Assembly: GCF_000010625.1 (NCBI RefSeq)
Contig: NC_010296.1
Span: 1,920,001 to 1,952,000 of the forward strand
Source of the DNA: Microcystis aeruginosa NIES-843
Lineage (GTDB): Bacteria; Cyanobacteriota; Cyanobacteriia; Cyanobacteriales; Microcystaceae
DNA: 32,000 nucleotides
Reading direction: 5' to 3'
Of this stretch, positions 26,692 through 32,000 are shown one piece after another (the stretch's first letter is position 1; each line of letters begins with the position of its first letter). Below the pieces are notes generated by a model. The model worked only from the letters and a program-made list of their open reading frames with translations, was not told the DNA's origin and made no database searches. Both the position numbers and the translations under genes were made by a program.

Positions 26692-28701
26692 TTAAGATAT
26701 GTTTAAATCTCTAATGATGGTTTCGATCGCATCAAAGGAAAATTCTCTGGCTAACTGTTGTAAACCTTGGGCAAGGGTAGCATAATCGGGGGGAATTTCT
26801 GCGGTTAGGGCGATAATTTTTTCATCATCACATTCTCGCGCCGCTTGTTGCAATTGTCTAATCCAGTCGGGACTGATTAATTTTAATAGGGATTGCAGGG
26901 AATCGAGGAAAACTGGCGAATAATTGGGTTGATTTGGCTCATTATCGGCATAAATATATTTTAATCCTAGATATTCGCTCATTTTTTGCCAGATAACTTC
27001 CTCTCGGAAAGGTTTACGCACGAAATCATCACAACCGGCGGCAATAACCAAGGCGCGATCCTCTTCAAAAGCACTGGCAGTTAGGGCAATTATCACCGTT
27101 TTTCCGCGATTATCAGCCTCTAACTGCCGAATTTCCCTAGTTGCTTCGTAACCGTCCTTCACCGGCATTCTCATGTCCATCCAGATAAGATGAGGTTGCC
27201 ATGCTTGCCAAATTGCGATCGCTTCTTGACCATTAGCGGCCTCTTGCACGGATAATCCTAGGGTAGTCAGGAGTTTCAGCAACAGCAAACGGCTTTCCGG
27301 TCGATCATCGACGACTAATATGCGATATTTAGGCTGATTTTCCGCTAAAGCGATAACTTTTGCCCTATTGGTTTCGGTTTTAATCTCATTTTCTCCCACC
27401 AAACCCACCTGAATATCAAAACTAAAAATACTTCCTTGACCCAGAATACTACTAACTCCGATCGCACCTCCCATCAACTCAACAAATTTTTTACTGATAG
27501 GTAAACCCAATCCTGTCCCCTGTTGGGATTTTCGTCCCGTTTCCGTTTGGTTAAAGGGTTGAAATAGCTTATAAATCTCCTCTGGAGCGATTCCTAGTCC
27601 TGTATCTTCAATTTCCCAGAGCAATCGCTGATCATCTTCTCTTTTCTCCCCTAATTTTACCCGGAGAGTCACCCCTCCCGACTCAGTAAACTTCAATCCG
27701 TTACCCAAGAGATTGATTAACACCTGTCGCAATTTACTTTCATCAGTACATATATATTGAGGCAGATCGGAGCTGCGATCAAAAATTAAGCTTAAAGCTT
27801 TTGCCTGCGCTTGTGAGCGTAGCATTTCGGCAATATTATCTAAAAGAGCGTATAAATCGAAATTACTAGGATTAAAAACCGTTCTTCCCGCTTCTATCTT
27901 CGACATTTCTAGAATATCGTTGATTAACTCTAATAAATGTTCTCCGCTACGATTGACAATTTCCAAATATTGCCGATATTCACTGCTGATGCTGCTATCC
28001 CGGGATATTAAGCGAGTAAAACCCAAGATAGCATTAAGAGGAGTGCGTAATTCGTGGCTCATGTTAGCTAGAAACTCACTTTTAGCTTTATTTGCCTTAA
28101 CTGCCGCTTCTTTAGCCTCTTTTAATTCTTTTTCCGCTTCATATCTACTTTCTGCGATCGCAATTAATTCTCCCACCAACCGCACAAAGGTGACATCTTC
28201 CCTTGTCCATTGCTTTTCTGCACTTGCATCCAATCCCAGATAACCCACCGTTACCCCACAACTATCCCACATGGGAACGATTAAGAGACAGGGAGTAGAA
28301 CTATTAGCGAGAATAGCTCTTTCAGGGATAGCAGTAGCGGGTAAATCGTCTAAAGAGTTCAGTTTAACTGGAATACCGTTTAATAATTGTTCAGAAAACC
28401 AAGGAAAGGTTTCCGTTGAGAGATTTTGTGATTGTTCCCGAATCGGGATAACCTGCGGATAGTCGGGGTGACAGTATTCATAAACCATACTCCACTGCTG
28501 ACGACAGGTGGAATATTGAATAATGTAACAGCGCGCACTCTGGGTAAATTGACAGAGCAGTTCTAGGGTATGATCGATCGCCAAGTGGATATCTTGAGAA
28601 ATTAGTAATCTTGTCACCCGTGAGAGCAAATTATCGCGATGGGCCTGCATTTCTAGGGCTTTTTCCCGTTTTTTAGACTCTAGTTCCTCAAAATCACTCA
28701 T
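26692..28701 (-). CDS. Hybrid sensor histidine kinase / response regulator (GAF - HisKA - HATPase - REC)
   Basis: ORF track, 669 aa. It has an N-terminal GAF-like region and the H-box FLANMSHELRTPLNAILGF. ATPase boxes are LINLLGNGLKFT, EDTGLGI and GTGLGL. Receiver motifs are ILVVDD and MDMRMPVKDG. Confidence 0.9.
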   Translation of the reverse strand: MSDFEELESKKREKALEMQAHRDNLLSRVTRLLISQDIHLAIDHTLELLCQFTQSARCYIIQYSTCRQQWSMVYEYCHPDYPQVIPIREQSQNLSTETFPWFSEQLLNGIPVKLNSLDDLPATAIPERAILANSSTPCLLIVPMWDSCGVTVGYLGLDASAEKQWTREDVTFVRLVGELIAIAESRYEAEKELKEAKEAAVKANKAKSEFLANMSHELRTPLNAILGFTRLISRDSSISSEYRQYLEIVNRSGEHLLELINDILEMSKIEAGRTVFNPSNFDLYALLDNIAEMLRSQAQAKALSLIFDRSSDLPQYICTDESKLRQVLINLLGNGLKFTESGGVTLRVKLGEKREDDQRLLWEIEDTGLGIAPEEIYKLFQPFNQTETGRKSQQGTGLGLPISKKFVELMGGAIGVSSILGQGSIFSFDIQVGLVGENEIKTETNRAKVIALAENQPKYRILVVDDRPESRLLLLKLLTTLGLSVQEAANGQEAIAIWQAWQPHLIWMDMRMPVKDGYEATREIRQLEADNRGKTVIIALTASAFEEDRALVIAAGCDDFVRKPFREEVIWQKMSEYLGLKYIYADNEPNQPNYSPVFLDSLQSLLKLISPDWIRQLQQAARECDDEKIIALTAEIPPDYATLAQGLQQLAREFSFDAIETIIRDLNIS

Positions 28702-28702
28702 A

Positions 28703-28854
28703 ATCAGTTATCAGTTATCAGTTATCAGTTAAAAGGGTTTGGGTGTTGGGGTTGTAGGGTTGTAGGGTTTTAGGGTTTTAGGGTTTTAGTTGAATTTCCC
28801 CATCACCCCACTTCCCCACTTCCCCATCACCCCGTCTCCCGTCTCCCGTCTCCC
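28703..28854. repeat. Compound short-tandem-repeat block filling a divergent promoter region
   Basis: It contains (ATCAGTT)x4 at 28703-28730 and G-rich 8-mers (TAGGGTTG x2, TAGGGTTT x3) within 28735-28790. It also contains CCCCATCA/CCCCACTT 8-mers at 28798-28833 and (GTCTCCC)x3 at 28834-28854. Confidence 0.95.
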
Positions 28855-28914
28855 GACTCAAAAAACAGTAAACTTTTCCCCTATTATGTTCTATAGGAAT
28901 TTTACCGAATCAAT

Positions 28915-29598
28915 ATGCTCAAATTATTAGCTTCTCTCCTTCTCTCCTGCTGTATAGCCTTGGGTGTTTCCCTGTCACCGGCTGCTGCCATGGGAGTCTA
29001 TGACCTCCCTATTTTAAGCCCCGGAGCGCCCACTTATGTAGTCGATCCCGTTGCGGCCATTAGTGCCGCTAACGAGGGAAAATTAAATAAAGACCTGAAA
29101 AATCTCGCCGAAAAAACCGGCCAGGAAGTGAGAATGGTAGTAGTCCGGCGCTTGGATTACGGTCAAAAAATTGACAATTTAGCCGATGATATCCTGAGAG
29201 AATGGTATCCTAACTCCGAAGATCGTGCCAATCAAACTATCATCGTCCTTGATACTTTAACCAATAAAACTGCTATTCGGGTTGGGGAGGAAGCAAAACC
29301 CCTATTAACCGATGCTATTGCTGATAGTATCCTCTCGGAAACTATGGCAGTTCCCCTCAAAGATGGGGGAAAATATAATCAAGCTTTACTCGATGCTAGT
29401 CGTCGTCTAACGGCGGTACTTTCTGGAGAAGCGGATACCGGACCGCCGGAAGTAGCGACAATTAATATCGAAAGTACCTTTACTACCGCAGAAGAAACTG
29501 ACGATAAAAATGCCACGATTTGGGTGATAGTTTTACTGGTTTTAGCCACAGTAATCCCCATGGTTACCTATTTTTGGTACGCTGGTTTTGGTCGCTAA
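28915..29598 (+). CDS. psb32: TPM-domain protein, photosystem II repair protein Psb32-like
   Basis: ORF track. It has a signal peptide, a TPM-like core (V.D....S......L...L..L...TG.EV..V.V..L) and a C-terminal TM helix (IWVIVLLVLATVIPMVTYFWY). This is the same layout as Psb32/TLP18.3. Confidence 0.65.
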   Translation: MLKLLASLLLSCCIALGVSLSPAAAMGVYDLPILSPGAPTYVVDPVAAISAANEGKLNKDLKNLAEKTGQEVRMVVVRRLDYGQKIDNLADDILREWYPNSEDRANQTIIVLDTLTNKTAIRVGEEAKPLLTDAIADSILSETMAVPLKDGGKYNQALLDASRRLTAVLSGEADTGPPEVATINIESTFTTAEETDDKNATIWVIVLLVLATVIPMVTYFWYAGFGR

Positions 29599-29618
29599 AT
29601 TAAATTAATGATCTGGGA

Positions 29619-29800
29619 CTGATACAGCTAAAATATTCCCACAGATAGCTCAATTCTCAGCCTGTATGAGCAAGATGAAGTAACTTCTAAGTGGGTGGGT
29701 GGAATTAAATATAAGATGAACGTAGGTTGGGTTGAAGCATGAAACCCAACGCCCTACAAATAATTGTGCCTACCTACTTAGTAGATTTTAGTTGTGTCAG
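29619..29800 (+). other. Long imperfect hairpin element (MITE or structured RNA)
   Basis: The outer arms CTGATACAGCTAAAAT (29619-29634) and ATTTTAGTTGTGTCAG (29785-29800) pair 16/16 if two G.U pairs are allowed on the plus strand. The middle arms are 29684-29702 and 29768-29784. The central hairpin is GTTGGGTT-(9 nt)-AACCCAAC (29726-29750). Confidence 0.6.
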
Positions 29801-29830
29801 TTCACCACATTTGCTTAACCTTAATAACTA

Positions 29831-30430
29831 ATGTCTAGACTGGTAAATAAATTACAATCCTATTATCGAGAGGAGGAAGGAACTTACTTAATTGAAATTA
29901 AACTTAATCAGTTACAGCAAGTCTTTAATTCTCTCGATCCTTCGCCATTTTTAGATAGAGATTTAGACGATAACGCCGAAAACTATATTATTAACTCTGT
30001 GGATGAATTCCCCCTAAATACCCCCCTTAAATTAGTCTTTTATCTTCCCAGTAACGAACAGAATACCGCCCGACATCTGTTACCCTCAGCTTTACATAAT
30101 TATTTTGACTATCGCCAACAGGGAGAACAAAGAAAATTACGCACAATTTGGCGACAGGGACGCATATCTTTGCTAATTGGTCTCTCCTTTCTTTTTGTTT
30201 GTTTGAGTCTCAGCGAATTAATTGGTCGTTTTGGCACCGATACATTTATTCACTTCTTAGAAGAAGGATTATTAATTAGTGGTTGGGTGGCCCTCTGGCG
30301 ACCTTTAGAAATTTTTCTTTACGAATGGTGGCCTGTCAGTTATCAACAAAAGATTTTTGCTAAACTGGCCTACATCCCCATTGAAATCCGTCTATTAGAG
30401 GAACCATCCACCCCAGACTCTTTTCGATAG
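29831..30430 (+). CDS. Hypothetical membrane protein (199 aa)
   Basis: ORF track. It has two hydrophobic helices in the C-terminal third (ISLLIGLSFLFVCLSL, LLISGWVALWRPLEIFL). No family was recognised. Confidence 0.55.
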   Translation: MSRLVNKLQSYYREEEGTYLIEIKLNQLQQVFNSLDPSPFLDRDLDDNAENYIINSVDEFPLNTPLKLVFYLPSNEQNTARHLLPSALHNYFDYRQQGEQRKLRTIWRQGRISLLIGLSFLFVCLSLSELIGRFGTDTFIHFLEEGLLISGWVALWRPLEIFLYEWWPVSYQQKIFAKLAYIPIEIRLLEEPSTPDSFR

Positions 30431-30566
30431 AGCTAATCCTCCCGATGGCTTGTCTTCAAAGTTACAAAGCTTTTATTTGAAGCAGTTTATAATAAAAGTA
30501 ACTCTGTACAAAGCTTATCGGGTTTCAGCTTGGCTATTACTTTATTCTCAAACTTTTAACTAAGTA

Positions 30567-30779
30567 GGGTTTGCTGAATAAATCTAAAAACCTTGTTGGA
30601 TAAGGCTTTTAGACTTTTTTTCCCTGAAAAAGTGCCTACCATTGGAGTGATTGGGGGGAAAATTTAGGGATTTTTTCCCTGAAAATTAGGTAATTGACCA
30701 CCTGAAAATGGGTAAAACCCCACACCCCACACCCCACACCCCACACCCTGCCCCCACGAAAAACTTTTTCAGCAGCCCC
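30567..30779 (+). mobile_element. MITE-like element, intact copy D (213 bp)
   Basis: Ends are GGGTTTGCTGAA... and ...TTCAGCAGCCCC. It is flanked by TAAGTA at 30561-30566 and 30780-30785. The heptamer tract lies at 30714-30748. Confidence 0.88.
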
Positions 30780-30872
30780 TAAGTAGTCGGGCCTAACTTT
30801 TTTCAGTCTGGCGATTATTGGCGTTTCATCCCGACAAATCCCGACAAAATTGCTATCTAGATAGGAGTCCTA

Positions 30873-31691
30873 ATGTTAATCCGTGTTGGTTATGAATTTG
30901 GCTTTGATGCCCCCTTACCCGTGGTTATGTTGTTAAAACTTTATCTACACCCCTCAATTTTAGCTCAAGTTAGACAATCGGAAAACTTGCAGGTGGAACC
31001 GGCAACAAAAATAGAAGAATTTTTAGATAGCTTCGGTAATCGAACCAGTCGTCTAATTTTACCCGCGGGACAGATCCGCATTCACAATGAAGCAGTTATC
31101 GAGAATGAATGGAAACCCGATATCGTTAATTGGAATGCCCAAGAAATTCCTTTAGCAGAGTTACCAACCCAAGTTTTTCCCTACCTAATGAGTAGCCGTT
31201 ATTGCGAAGTAGATTTGCTTGCGGAAATTGCCTGGGAACTTTTCGGACAAACTCCCCCCGGTTGGGCAAGGGTACAAGCGGTTTGTGATTGGGTTCATAG
31301 TCACATTCGTTTTGGTTACGAATACGCGCGGGTGACGAAAACCGCCTATGATGTCTATCGGGAAAGAACGGGGGTTTGTCGCGATTTTAACCATCTAGCT
31401 TTGACTTTTTGCCGTTGCCTAAATATTCCTGCCCGTTATGCCTCCGGCTATCTCGGAGATATCGGTATTTCTCCCCAACCTCTACCGATGGATTTTAGTG
31501 CTTGGTTTGAAGTTTATTTAGACCATCAATGGTACACCTTTGATGCTCGTCATAACACCCCCAGAATCGGGCGGATTTTAATGACTCGCGGCTTAGATGC
31601 CGTCGATGCTTCCCTAACAACTTCTTTTGGTCAAGTAAATTTAACAAAATTTAAAGTATGGACGAGCGATGTTTCCCACCTCTATGCTTAA
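30873..31691 (+). CDS. Transglutaminase-like family protein
   Basis: ORF track. The transglutaminase core is RTGVCRDFNHLALTFCR (catalytic Cys), followed by ARYASGYL and a later FDARH segment (His/Asp candidates). Confidence 0.8.
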   Translation: MLIRVGYEFGFDAPLPVVMLLKLYLHPSILAQVRQSENLQVEPATKIEEFLDSFGNRTSRLILPAGQIRIHNEAVIENEWKPDIVNWNAQEIPLAELPTQVFPYLMSSRYCEVDLLAEIAWELFGQTPPGWARVQAVCDWVHSHIRFGYEYARVTKTAYDVYRERTGVCRDFNHLALTFCRCLNIPARYASGYLGDIGISPQPLPMDFSAWFEVYLDHQWYTFDARHNTPRIGRILMTRGLDAVDASLTTSFGQVNLTKFKVWTSDVSHLYA

Positions 31692-31765
31692 TCAGAGTAT
31701 TTATTAAACCTCTTGCATAATTAATTTTTGAGGGTTCAAAAACGGCAAAAATAAGGATTAAATTG

Positions 31766-31866
31766 CCTGAAAGTGCCAGCCATTGGAGTGAACGGGGGGA
31801 ATAAAACCCTACACCCCACACCCTACACCCCACACCCCACCAACAAGCTTTTTGCCGCAACACCCA
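31766..31866 (+). mobile_element. MITE-like element, truncated and internally deleted copy E
   Basis: cctgaaagtgccagccattggagtga... matches the interior of copies B and D. A 5-unit heptamer tract follows at 31803-31837, then the arm ccaacaagctttttgccgcaacaccc. It lacks the left end, about 60 internal bp and a recognisable TSD. Confidence 0.65.
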
Positions 31867-31874
31867 GATAAAAA

Positions 31875-32000
31875 TTACTTTTCTACCTTAACCCGTTGAG
31901 TAACGACAACAATCCCATCGCCTTGAATTAAAATCGCCGATAACCAGCGATTTTCCGGTGTTGCCGGCGCTTTTACCCGCTTAAATAAACCGCCGGACTG
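31875..32000 (-). CDS. 3' end of an unidentified CDS running off the right window edge
   Basis: Manual translation of the minus strand from 32000 gives QSGGLFKRVKAPATPENRWLSAILIQGDGIVVVTQRVKVEK*, with the stop at 31877-31875. It is open to the window edge. No family was recognised. Confidence 0.4.
   Translation of the reverse strand, partial: QSGGLFKRVKAPATPENRWLSAILIQGDGIVVVTQRVKVEK

Noticed and set aside
27920-28462. Plus-strand ORFs 27920-28243 and 28271-28462 within the kinase gene. Similar shadow ORFs occur at 3197-3418, 3934-4137, 5432-5620, 7020-7295, 17456-17644, 20914-21117, 22439-22651, 22450-22704, 26236-26532, 29379-29561 and 31185-31394.
   Set aside because: All are fully embedded in, or antisense to, CDS with strong family signatures. 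They are short and lack recognisable domains.
28757-28790. TTTTAGGG / TTGTAGGG repeats resembling eukaryotic telomere repeats
   Set aside because: There are only five units. They are embedded in a prokaryotic intergenic region between clearly bacterial genes and next to other unrelated STRs. They are interpreted as STRR-like micro-repeats, not telomeric DNA or contamination.

Overview
The window looks like a cyanobacterial chromosomal segment. The HIP1 octamer GCGATCGC is frequent (e.g. 2802-2809, 3492-3499, 3750-3757), and apcF, a psb32-like gene and a PEP-CTERM protein are present. The repeat content is reminiscent of Microcystis, but that is inference only. About 25 credible CDS are mostly housekeeping: hisD, aroK, hemW, trmFO, mutS, apcF, proB and recJ. 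They are interspersed with a 1225-aa RTX/Calx-beta surface protein, a hybrid histidine kinase, small secreted proteins and toxin-antitoxin remnants. The intergenic space is dominated by a ~214-bp MITE family: four intact copies, each flanked by a 6-bp TAWNTA target-site duplication, plus two partial copies. Each copy carries an internal GGGTGTR heptamer tract. The most unusual feature is at 1-2164. One MITE copy sits on the stop codon of a minus-strand gene, and its heptamer tract is occupied by a head-to-tail array of at least three nearly identical ORF-less group II introns (785-787 nt). Each has a GUGCG 5' end, a canonical domain V and a domain VI with a bulged A. Only 21 and 77 nt of pure heptamer repeat separate the copies. 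Predicted exon-binding loops in the intron are complementary to the heptamer itself. Other points of interest are a divergent promoter region built almost wholly of four short-tandem-repeat families (28703-28854), a 2 x 73-bp nested-palindrome repeat (18627-18772), and a ~180-nt imperfect hairpin whose mismatches are G.U-compatible only on the plus strand (29619-29800). All protein family calls come from recognising motifs in the supplied translations; no database search was possible.
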